Position numbers and translations under genes: made by a program. From the NCBI GenBank assembly GCA_023231475.1, contig JALJEE010001774.1, forward strand, positions 1 to 64,000: a stretch of 64,000 bases of DNA, in the 5' to 3' direction. Under the pieces are notes generated by a model. It had not been told where the DNA came from, did not search any database, and saw only the letters and a program-made list of their open reading frames with translations. This DNA comes from Seison nebaliae (taxonomy: Eukaryota). Positions 1 through 11,004 of this stretch are shown here, piece by piece (the stretch's first letter is position 1; every line of letters begins with the position of its first letter).

Positions 1-122
1 TAAAGATATAAAAAGGAATAAGTAAAGATATAAAAAGGAATAAGTAAAGATATAAAAAGGAATAAGTAAAGATATAAAAAGGAATAAGTAAAGATATAAA
101 AAGGAATAAGTAAAGATATAAA
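1..122. repeat. 22-bp minisatellite (TAAAGATATAAAAAGGAATAAG)n
   Basis: Five exact copies at 1-110 plus a partial copy. The array may extend beyond the window start. Confidence 0.95.
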
Positions 123-154
123 GATACACAAGGGAATGAGTAAATGTTGAAAAC

Positions 155-247
155 GGATGAAGAACCACGAAGACAAATATTTGAGAAGACAAATTGAGTT
201 ATACTGATGTTGTTGGCGAACAATTTTAAATGTCTTGCATTTCTCAT
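155..247 (-). CDS. Possible first exon of a gene leaving the window (mitochondrial-presequence-like)
   Basis: ATG at 247 gives MRNARHLKLFANNISITQFVFSNICLRGSSS (Arg/Ser-rich, no acidic residues). It is followed by a GTTTT donor typical of this genome, and the minisatellite would lie in the intron. Confidence 0.3.
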
Positions 248-1301
248 TTCACTTTTTGATGGATTTATGATTTCAATTTGAAACAACTTTTTCTTTCAAA
301 CTTTAGCTTTAAAATATTCTTAATAAAATTTTAAAACCATTTAACAAAAGTCAGTTTCAAAATTCAATTTAATATAAAAAAAGTTTATGAATTCTTATAT
401 ACATCAACTTCTAACAGTAAGTCATAATTGTTAGTTATAAAATTAAACCAAGAAGAAAAAGTATAAAGTTCTTCTGAAATATATTTAAAAATATTTATAA
501 ATATGATATTAGTTGAAATGATTATAAAAATTAATTATTTTACAATCTGCAATATAAATAAATAATTGTTGGTGATAAATTCCCATGACAAATAGAAGGT
601 GTGAAAATTTTCACGTATATTAAAACCTTAACAAGATTGGCATGGACTATAAATTGGAATTCATTCGCCGTAAACAAAAATATAAAGACACGTATAGTTT
701 ATTTTTATTTTGTCACTGATTTATAAATAAAATTTTCTTTTCTGTGATGAAATCATATCAAAATTCATTTTAATGTTTATTTACTGTGTTTTCCATTTTT
801 ATATTATTCATTCCAATATTTATTCATTGAATAAAACCATCATCCATCAGATAACTAACCATATTATTTGGTAAATTGTAATAAATAGGAATGTAAATAG
901 GAAAATTTAGTTTATTTTCAACTTCCGATTGTTTATGAGATACGAAATAATTTTTACAAATTGAAGACAATTGTCACTTTTGGTTCGATTCAACAAATTG
1001 GACATCAAAAAGAATTGCGAAAAATTATTATAGTTTTGAAAAATGTTGTCCAATTGAATTGTGGAATGGTGTCGATTCTTAATAAGTATGCACTCTGTCT
1101 ATGTGAAAGACAGAGAAGTCACATGCACTTGTACCGAGAATGAATAAATGAAGAGAAAACATTGAAATTTTTAAGCCTTTAACTGAAAAGTACAACGTAC
1201 ATAAATAATATATGATATAAGGAATTGGTTTCTTAAATCATTGTTTCCCCATCAGGCTAAGAAATAATTCATAATTTATAAAGTTTCATTTTATAAAGAA
1301 A

Positions 1302-2708
1302 ATGTCACTAGTTGATTATTTTTCAAATAATGATTTAATATTAATCGATAATGATGTGAGTAATGATTATGAGAGATGGATTCGATTTAATTGGCCTGAT
1401 GTCCAGAAGAAATTCCATCAGTTGCAATCTCTTCTCAACTTGCATTGGAGCAAGTGTACTTGTTTGGATGAGTGGAATGTAAATGGACAAATTTATCAAA
1501 TGTTATTGTATGGTGAATATTTATTTATCTTACATTCATTAGAATTAATTCCCTTGAATGAAATGAATAATCTCATTACGACAATGATGGAATTGCTTTG
1601 GAAAGAACAACATTTGTCTGACAAATATGATAATTATTTGGAGAAGTTAAATGATAATGATTTGATAAATGATCTTAATAAGATCTGGAAGATTTACATG
1701 AAATGTCATAAAGGTCTTCTGGCCAATCAGAACATTATTGAGAGTGTTGCTTTCGATAATCGATTGGAATTATATGAAATGATGATTTCTAGCGATGTTT
1801 CTTGTAATTTATATCATCATTTTTCCAGCGTAGATTTGGGCGGTTTCATATTTCATTGGAAGTGGTTAAATCGTGAATTGAAGGATATTAATTTGTTGAA
1901 AAAATTTCTTTTAAAATTGGCAGTGAATGAAAATATGGAAAAATTTCTTTTCAATTTTGTCAATGTAAATAAAACGTTCGTCACTGACGCTAGAATAGTC
2001 ATGAAAAATGTCGAATCAAAAATTCTCAACATTCTTCAACATCAAGAGAAGGAGAACATTTCAACTTTCTCCTTACCCGAATCGCCAATTTCTTTAACAA
2101 ATGACAAAACGAATCATGTCTTGTCCTATCTGGAGGATAATTCATTTACAAACGACAGAAATTCGAGTACGAATAGTAAATATGATAATTTTGAGTTATC
2201 GATGCGAAAACAGCATAAAAAAAGGAAACGCTCTAGCTATCTTTCTTCGACCAAAGCGAAAAGTAGGAAAATGTTACGAGATGCAGATTCATTCGATTTC
2301 AATTCCATGGACATTGATGATATTATGAATGATCCATGTTGCGTCACTGAATATGATATTTGTTATATCGATCCATTTGATTTGATCATCTTCAATGGTT
2401 TCAATCGACCGACAGATCGTTTATTTATGGTCATTTTCCCTTATGGTGATACTTATCAATTGAGTTTTGTGGATAATCGAGAAGGAAAAAGAAAAATTAA
2501 ATATGAATCACCATCAGGAATTTATCCGTTTATTCCAGCTCCCGATTTGAGACATCAGATATATCGACATATAAAAACGAAAGAACAATCTTTATCGTAT
2601 TTGAAATTATCGGAGGAAAGAAAGAATCTTCGAAGAAAGTTTCTTGCGAAAAACGAATTTTCTAAATCATTTCGTATCGTCGTCAAAAAAGAATCGTTAC
2701 CAACTTAA
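1302..2708 (+). CDS. Uncharacterised 468-aa protein with a basic NLS-like stretch and possibly a degenerate C-terminal PWWP-like domain
   Basis: Long single ORF in very AT-rich DNA. Contains RKQHKKRKR and a C-terminal DPFDLI...YQLSFVDNR...IYPF pattern. Confidence 0.75.
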   Translation: MSLVDYFSNNDLILIDNDVSNDYERWIRFNWPDVQKKFHQLQSLLNLHWSKCTCLDEWNVNGQIYQMLLYGEYLFILHSLELIPLNEMNNLITTMMELLWKEQHLSDKYDNYLEKLNDNDLINDLNKIWKIYMKCHKGLLANQNIIESVAFDNRLELYEMMISSDVSCNLYHHFSSVDLGGFIFHWKWLNRELKDINLLKKFLLKLAVNENMEKFLFNFVNVNKTFVTDARIVMKNVESKILNILQHQEKENISTFSLPESPISLTNDKTNHVLSYLEDNSFTNDRNSSTNSKYDNFELSMRKQHKKRKRSSYLSSTKAKSRKMLRDADSFDFNSMDIDDIMNDPCCVTEYDICYIDPFDLIIFNGFNRPTDRLFMVIFPYGDTYQLSFVDNREGKRKIKYESPSGIYPFIPAPDLRHQIYRHIKTKEQSLSYLKLSEERKNLRRKFLAKNEFSKSFRIVVKKESLPT

Positions 2709-2848
2709 TATTTTTTCAAATTTTATCATCCATATCGTTTTATCCTCAAAATTTTTATTTTTTTAATTATCTGTTATATATTTACAATTTTCATTTATCC
2801 GTTTTCCACTTTCATAATAATGATCCAGTTTTTCTCCCTAAATAAATA

Positions 2849-4554
2849 TTATCCAAAATCTATCCGATCTCTTATACGTCTGCCATATAATTTAAATAAA
2901 ATTGCTGTGAATAAACTCAAATGTAACTGTTCAATTTCGGCTGCTTCCGATTTAGGGAACGATCGTCCTTCACCAGCGTGGATTTCATCGTTAATATATT
3001 CATCGATTTCTTCACTTGTCAATGTGGTGACCTGTTTGAGAAATGTTTATTATGATAATGGGAAATATGAAAACTTTGTTAAGATTAGTCAAATTCTGTA
3101 CAACTCTAGCAACGAAGTTGTCGATCTCATAATCTTTCGTCATATCTACAATGGTATTACGAGGTACTCGAGGTGGTTCTCTTGGCATTCGATTATATGT
3201 TCTCTTCATTTTTCTTGGATTAACAACATTGACATGAGATGGAATTGTTCGACCTATCAGATGATGATAATAATACAATAAAATAAAAAAGAAGAAAAAA
3301 CCATACATCGATGATTGGATTGATGGTCGGTTTGCTGACAACATGGAAGTTTTGGGAACTCGAGCATCTCTTGAAAATAGAGTTTGGTTAGTGGGAAGAA
3401 AAAATTAAATTTTTAAAATTAGAATAACTTCCGAATTCTAATACATACACAAATGGCTATGATGAGCATGACTAATAAAAATATCATTACACCGAGAACT
3501 ATATTAATTGTTGCTTTCTTTTTCCTCGTCGCTTCATCATCTGGTTCTACTGGTACTGGAAATGTGTGATTTACTTCAGGTTCTTTTTCCGGTTTCTTCG
3601 TCACTGTCTGACTTTTATGTTCCGCTTTAGTTTTATTTTTCGATTTATCTTCTTTTGGAGGATGTTTAGTGGACGAGTTCGATGGTATAGGAGTAGTTGA
3701 TGAATTCGAACTAGTTTTATTACTATTAGTTGTGTTACTTGTCTTGTCATGTGAAGTTATATTTGATGGAGCATCTGTAGGTCGGAGAGCAGTTAAATTT
3801 AAGTCATCAATTGAATGTATCCCAAATGCATTTACAACATAATCAGGAGCTAAATAAGTCGATCCTAAATTATAATAATCATTATCACTATCATCATATG
3901 CAGGATAGTAAGGAAATGGGATGTTTGACGAATCGACATTCTCCTTCTCAAGTACTTCCTCAGTCGGTTCACTATAATCAGGTAATTGTTCCGCAGGTTC
4001 AAGTGGGGAAGCGAAAGGATTACTCATTCGAGCATAAGCGGGAGATGTTTCTCGAGTTGGATAAATCGGTTGCATTCCTCTTCTCCTCAGTCCAAACCGA
4101 GTGATAGGTATAAAATGTGATAGTCGTCTTCGAGCTAAAACATTCCTACTACATATCTTACGACATGTCGGCATACATTGTGGTATACAATATTCTTTCA
4201 CCTTCAATATTTTCACTGGATTGTGTGCGAAACGATGAAATTTTTCATTCGACACACGTATCTTTTTAGCGGGAATAGCTTTAAAAAAAATTCGTTTGAA
4301 CAATAAAAAAACGGTTCGTAATAACCAAATCGCCCATACGTGTATATATGTTGTCTTCTTTTCGAACGTTTCTTTTTCGGTTGCGATCCCTTGTCTTGTG
4401 ACATTTCTTCCATTGAAGCAAAATCACCAGGTTGAGAAAAGTCATTATCTAACTCTTTCGATAAAGTTTGAAGCGAAATAAATTTATTTTTCGTATTGAT
4501 TACATTAGTATTAATGTAATTGAACGATAAAATTGTAAAATACAACAAAATCAT
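2849..4554 (-). CDS. Family member A: type I membrane protein (signal peptide, shared family motifs, Ser/Thr-rich stalk, TM helix, cytoplasmic tail), 5 exons
   Basis: Four GTT..AG introns join ORFs 4213-4626, 3419-4303, 3012-3344 and a final exon in frame, ending at TAA 2849-2851. Signal peptide MILLYFTILSF; TM IVLGVMIFLLVMLIIAICVCI. Confidence 0.75.
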
Positions 4555-4753
4555 TTTAAACAATGCGAAGGATGGAAAGAAGAAAATTATTTCACTTGTA
4601 CACGAGTTGGAAATATCTAGTTTCAATCGATCAATAAATAAAATATTGATTTAATTTTTCTACTTTTTTCAATAATCCTTAACATCATTAGATAATGATT
4701 AATTAAGTCAACAATGAAAGAAATTGTTACGCGTTAGTTCAAAATAGCTTATG

Positions 4754-5343
4754 TTAGGTTATATAATGAGATTGGCCATAAGACGAAGGTGAATAAGGAG
4801 TTAACGGACTGTAAGGTGTTAATGGAACAGTCATCCTAGCATAACCAGGATATTGTTGAGGACTTGGGTAGATGGGCGGTATGCTTCGTCTATGGTAAGG
4901 GCTGTGTTCTAACATTTTAAAATTATGGGCTAAACGTCGAAAAATAATGTCACCTTCAATTTGTTTTTTGGAAAGGACTCGGGCTTTCTCGCGATACAAT
5001 TTGTTCTCAAAGTTATACAATTTAACCGCAGAATAAGGTATATGGGCAGCTCCTTTGAAAGGAAAAAAATGAGAAACAAAAACAACATGTTCTAATAATA
5101 ACCATAAGTGTTGAAAGGATAATGTGAATGTCCATCTCGTTTCTGAACCTGTCTAGTTCTCGAATCATCAATAAGTCCTTTGTCTTGTGACATTTGCTCC
5201 ATCGAATCGTAATCTCCTTTCTGAATATAATAATTATCCATTTCGTTCACTAAATTGTTGTGCGAGTTACGTGTATTCTTCAGGTTGATGACGGTCGTTT
5301 CAACGAGATTTAGTAGGATTATACAGGAAAGTAGCGCGATCAT
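4754..5343 (-). CDS. Family member B: small secreted protein, 2 exons
   Basis: Signal peptide MIALLSCIILLNLVET, GDYDSMEQMSQDKG and KR site. An intron after FNTY-G joins ORF 4754-5020 in frame. Confidence 0.8.
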
Positions 5344-5869
5344 TTTAAACGATTGAAATGAGACAAAAATGAATTGGATGACAGATGAGGATTGTCAATT
5401 GATTTTCCTTTTCTAATTCGATTTATACTTTCCAATTTAATTGGAGATCAATATACATAATAATTTTTAATAATTTTTTTAAAAATTAATTTTTGTTACA
5501 ATAATTCTTTTCTTACTATTCTTTTATAGACTCTATACCAATCGATCGAGATTCTCTTACCAAATAACACCGATTGATCGACGTTGGCGATGATTGAAAT
5601 TTTTTAAATCTATTTTTTAAATATTATCCCGACGTGAATTTCATTAATAAACAATAATAATAATCGATTTTTATGATTATTTGAATCTCAAGTAGACTAA
5701 AATAAATCCAATAAAATATTACTTAAATAAAAAAATTAGAGATCAATGTTTATTGATGAAAAACACAGAAAAAACGGTGGTTGAAAACGACTATAGATAC
5801 TTAATAACAATCTTAATAATAACTGGAATGAATTTGATTCAAGAGGAAACATTAAGATAATAAAAATAG

Positions 5870-6426
5870 TTACACTCTTCGAAAATTGACAAATGGATTC
5901 CTCATATAACGAGGTACCATTCGATGAATCGGATAAATGGGAGAAATACTTCTTCTCACCTGATTATTCATCATGTTATATCTCTCACCTCCTGTCGTTG
6001 CAACACATTCAGGTTCACATTGTGGTGCACATTGTGGTTGACATTGATAAACCATTTTCTGTCTATGTTTCTTGCGCTGTCGATGTATTTTTGGTTTAGT
6101 TACTTTTAATTTGACGGCAGTAAATGGTATTCGAGCGGGTCCTTTTTTGAAGAAGAAATATAAAAATTGAAGGAGGATTAGAAGAAACCATATGTATTGA
6201 AAGGATAAGGTTCTTCTCTCTTTTCTACGTTTCTTTCTGCCGGCTCTCTGCTTAGACTACCTTTGTCGTGAGACATCTTCTCCATCGATGCGAATGCCCC
6301 AGGTAAAGAGTAATCGTTATTTAATTCGCTCGATAACGTGTTCAATAAATTTAATGTATTTTTCTTATTGATGTTGTTGGAATGAGCCAAATGGAATGAG
6401 AAAATCCCAAAATACAATAAAATCAT
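5870..6426 (-). CDS. Family member C: small secreted protein, 2 exons
   Basis: Signal peptide MILLYFGIFSFHLAHS, GAFASMEKMSHDKG and KR site. Same intron position as B, joining ORF 5870-6055 in frame (CQPQCAPQCEPEC, RRSISPIYP). Confidence 0.8.
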
Positions 6427-6481
6427 TTTAAACAGTAGGAAAAGATGAAAGAAGTAAACGATCGAACTATTTCATTTTCAA

Positions 6482-9210
6482 ATGAATCACACAGATGAAC
6501 ATTCCAATAATTTAGATGGCAATCGATATAATCTCATCTATCAAAATTCAGTATTGGAACATATACACAACTTAGAGAGTTGGGTGAATCGTCGATATGA
6601 TTCGATTTGGTTAATTGTCGGAGCGTTATATTTGACCATAGCCATTGCTTCCATCATTATTAATGTGTTGTCAATTTTAAAAATTAAAAATAATGTCGAT
6701 AAATTAGACAATTATTATATGGCAGCTATTTTTTCCCGTTCCATCGGAATCATGTATTCCTTCTTCTTCATCACTCCAATGGTTTGGTATTTGTTAGAGA
6801 AGGATACTCATAATTATTTCCATGGAATTCCATGTACAGTTCTCGGAATAGTTCACACATTTCTCACTCTAGCTATCGACTATTATTTAGCTCTCGAATA
6901 TATTTTCTGGTTAGTTTTTTTTATATTTTCATATCTTTATTCATTTTAATTTCACTAATATTAATTTAATTTTGTTAATTTAATTTTAATTTATTTTAAT
7001 TTATGTGAACTATATAAAATTTAATTTAATTTAGTTTTATTAATTTCATTCACTTTAATTTAATATTTTTAATTTCATTATTTAATTCTGTTTATCTTTA
7101 TATTTGGCAACCAAAAAATGACGTTTTAGTCTTGTAACATTTATTGAAGAATTTTCATAAAAGAATCTTAAGCTATATGGATCGATATGTTCGATAATAA
7201 TTATTATTTTCTCTCATTAATTTATTATTATTTTATCAATTTATTTTTCCACTACTTTTCTTCATCATCACTTCTCATTAGTTGTTCACAATCCACTGTT
7301 GTACCTAATATTTTCCGCCTATTTTTTCACATTCATAAGAGACGAGAATGTAAATAATCTACAATAGAAAAGTTTAATAAATTTCGTCCATCAACAAAAA
7401 ATTTAGCAGGTCAAATACCATAACATCATTCGACGGTGATGTACTTTTGAAGAATTTTTTATGATTTTTTTATATCAATGTCTTTTTCTTCCAACATTTT
7501 CATTTTTTCACACGAGAATCATGATTTAGATATGTTCAAATAATTTCTTTCAATGAAACTTTATTGAAATTCTTTAATGTCAAAAAAATATTGAAAAAAA
7601 TTTATTTGATTTTATTGTTTCAATGAAACTATATGAGACATCTAAAAGTTTAATAGATGAAATTTAAGTATTTGTCCCATTTCTTTTTTAGGGCTATCTC
7701 TGTCACGTTCACGATGGACGCCAAATCGCAATTGAACATTTTCTTGAGACGAATAATATTCGTGTCATTTCCATTATTATTAATTTATTCGATTGCACCA
7801 GCCTTCTGGTCAGCTCATGTATTTGTACCCGAAATTAATTCTTGTGTATATGATGTAAGAGATTTAGCGGTAGTACTTCTATTCCGAACGATCTTCCAAT
7901 TGTCGATACATATCGTTTTGTACTTATTCTTTCTACTCATTCTACTTTCTATTGTCAAAAATCAACAAACGATTATCAACATGTTACAGTTACAGTATGA
8001 CACTATCCTGTTTAATAAAGATGTCAACTTATTGAAACGTTATTCACTTCAATTGAATGCCTTAAATCAGTCACATACTAGAACTAAAAGTTCGGACAAT
8101 TCGTCATTCCGATTTCATAGAAGGAAAACTTTCGGTAAGTTTTTCAAAGAAAGTGAAGTGAAGTTACGAGAGACGTCAGAGAAGCAGCAGTTAGATGTTG
8201 CCCCAGATAAGGATCAGTTAATGACATATGTTGAACGAGATAACCGTTTGACAGAGATTGAGAAAGACACCGATATCATCAATAAAGAAATGACGATAAC
8301 TAAACAGACTTTATATTTTATGATTAGTCAAGCCGCGTTACATATACTTTATCTACTTCTCGTTCATTTATCCACTCTTCTCACATATTGGAACAACGAA
8401 TCGTTATTAGATCATCTTTATAATTATCAGTATATGATGGTACCGTTACTTTTAGCTAATATCATTTACATGATAATTATTCCATTAATTTTCATTCTAA
8501 TTAATCCCGATTGGATTAACATCACAATTTTCCATAAGGGTAGTAAGAAAATGAAGAAACAAGTCGACGAGAAAACGTCATTGAAACATCATTTGAAAAC
8601 GATCTCTTTGAAAGCTTATGAGATTTTCGACTTAAGAATTAGTTGTTGGCTCTTTTACACCATCAAATCGCCACTCTCTTTACAACAATTTCCTGAGCGA
8701 CATATTTACATTCCTTTAAGGAAAATGAGTGGACAAGTTAATGGTTCGAAATCGAAACACACTCCACAAAAACATTTGACCGAATGGTCATCGAAAAGAA
8801 ACGATCGATATTATAAAAAATTAAGACGATGGAAATTTATCGATCATGAAGATCGTTTTTTACACAATTTCTCAAACCGTTTCCATAACCATCATCCAGT
8901 GACGAAACTGAAAAAATCCGTCTCCGATTCCTATCTAGCTTGGCACCGTCTACATACGGAGAATGGTATCAGAACCATTACAGACGACGAACCAATTAAT
9001 GAGAATCGTGTTCTCTGGAACTTCGATACGGTTCGTGTGAACAAAGCTATCGGACGAGCAGATCGACCGCGTTGCCATAACGACCTGAGAATTTATTGTA
9101 GAAATGTTGAGAATGATTTAGCTACGACAACTTATTCGGATACCGAATGCTTTTCAGTTACCAATAATACCATAAAGAATAATATGTGTAGAACTTGTTT
9201 CTATTTCTAA
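6482..9210 (+). CDS. Highly divergent rhodopsin-class 7TM receptor, 2 exons (intron 6910-7691)
   Basis: TG|GTTAG...TAG|G rebuilds a Trp codon in frame. Seven hydrophobic segments, Cys at the top of TM3 and in ECL2, long ICL3 and C-tail. No DRY or NPxxY motif. Confidence 0.7.
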
Positions 9211-9500
9211 TTATTTATCGTTTTCGTTCCCATCTTCAATTTTTCAAATATCTCCAAATTAAAATCTCATTTTTTTTTTGAAAATAATGGAAAGAAAACA
9301 GAATAAATGTAAACTAATTTTTGAGAACGTTTCAGTTTTTTTGTGTTCTGATTAATTTTCAATCTTCTTTTCTTTTGTCCATTCTTTTTTATTAAGTTTT
9401 ATTTCCCCAAAAAGTTTTTAATTAATTTTGTTCTATTTCTCAGAAAAATAATCTGAAAAAATTAATTTTCAATTTCAAACAGAAAAAATTCATCAGAATA

Positions 9501-11004
9501 ATGACCGATAATTTGATTGACGGACATTGGGATGATTTGTTGAATATATTGAGGAATAAAGGTAAAATCATGGTGATGATGGGCGCCGGTTGTTCAACAG
9601 AATCAGGAATTCCAGATTTTCGGTGAATTATTTTTTTTTCGAAAAATTTCTTTCTAATTTTCTAGTTCACCAGAAACTGGTTTATATGCGACATTGAAAG
9701 ATTCTCAATTATCAAGACCAGAAGACATTTTCACATTGACATACTTTCGGAAGAATCCCAAACCGTTTTATGATTTGGCAAAGAATATTTTATTTCCAAT
9801 TCATTTTGCAATCAAAAAAAATCAAGAGAATTTGGATATAACTCAAAATTTCGTTTCACAATATCGACCGTCTTTATCACATTATTTAGTGAAATTATTA
9901 CAAGAGAAGAATAAATTGGGATATTGTTTTACTCAGAATATTGACGGATTGGAAAGATATGCAGGAATTGATGAGAACCGATTAATTGAAGCTCATGGGA
10001 ATATGTTCACAGGGAAATGTATCAAATGTTGGAAACGATATAATTTGAATGAAATTATTGAGAGAAGTGTTGCATCAAAAGATGGAATTCCTAGATGTAA
10101 CACAGATATGAGTGGAATGGACAAAAAGAAAATGATGAAATTAATTGCAGAATTGAACGACAATAATAATAATAATTGTGGTGGTGACGGTGATGATAAT
10201 TTAATAACAAATCAGGAAGAAGAAGAGAAAACTGAAATTTCAACAGAAATAACTGAAAAAGAAGAAGAAAATAGAACGACAGAAGAACCGAAAATTGAAA
10301 TTCGAACAGAAAAAATAGAAATTCCAATAGAACAAATTGAAAAAGAGGAAGAAAAAACGACAGTGGAAGAATCGAAAGATGATGTTCCTACATTTCCCCC
10401 AACAGCTTTTAATTTATTCGATGATGACGATGATGATTTTGTCAGTCTCTCCGAATTGACTAATAGAATTAAAAATTTAAAATTCGAGGAGAATCAGTCG
10501 CAAAATGCTCGTCCTGGAAATTGTTCAGGAATTCTTAAACCAGATATCGTATTCTTCGGAGAAGGGCTACCTGAAAAATTTATGAAATTTTCCAGGAAAA
10601 TTTTCGATGGAAACGCTCTCATTATTATGGGAACTTCATTGGAAGTTTATCCGTTTGCAAGTCTTCAAAATTTCGATGGATATCGATTATTATTAAACAT
10701 GAATCTTGTCGGTTCATTCACAAGTTCTTCGGAGAAGAAAGATTTGATGTTGTTGGGCAAATTGAAATACGGAGTCACTAAACTAATTCTGGACTTGGGA
10801 TGGGAGAAGGAAATGAGGAATTTGTTGATAGAAAGTAACGATAAAGAAATAGTTTTATTTTTTTTGAATTTAAAATTTTTTAAAATTTTTTTCAAGTTAA
10901 CAACATTCGACGAATGTTGCGAAAGAATGAAGAAAGATTATACGAAGAAACTTGTGCAGTATAGCGCATACGGACAACAACAAGCCAAATCATTGTTTAG
11001 TTAA
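9501..11004 (+). CDS. Class I NAD-dependent deacetylase (SIRT2/SIRT3-like sirtuin), 3 exons
   Basis: GAGCSTESGIPDFRSPETGLY (across intron 9623-9665), TQNIDGLE, EAHG, KPDIVFFGE and GTSLEVYPFASL. Second, in-frame intron at 10852-10896. Confidence 0.93.

Noticed and set aside
1..122. 22-bp repeat as a CRISPR array or telomere
   Set aside because: No spacers, eukaryotic context and not a G-rich telomeric unit. It is a simple minisatellite.
2820..3281. 153-aa plus-strand ORF
   Set aside because: It is antisense to the last exons of family member A, which has coherent splice sites.
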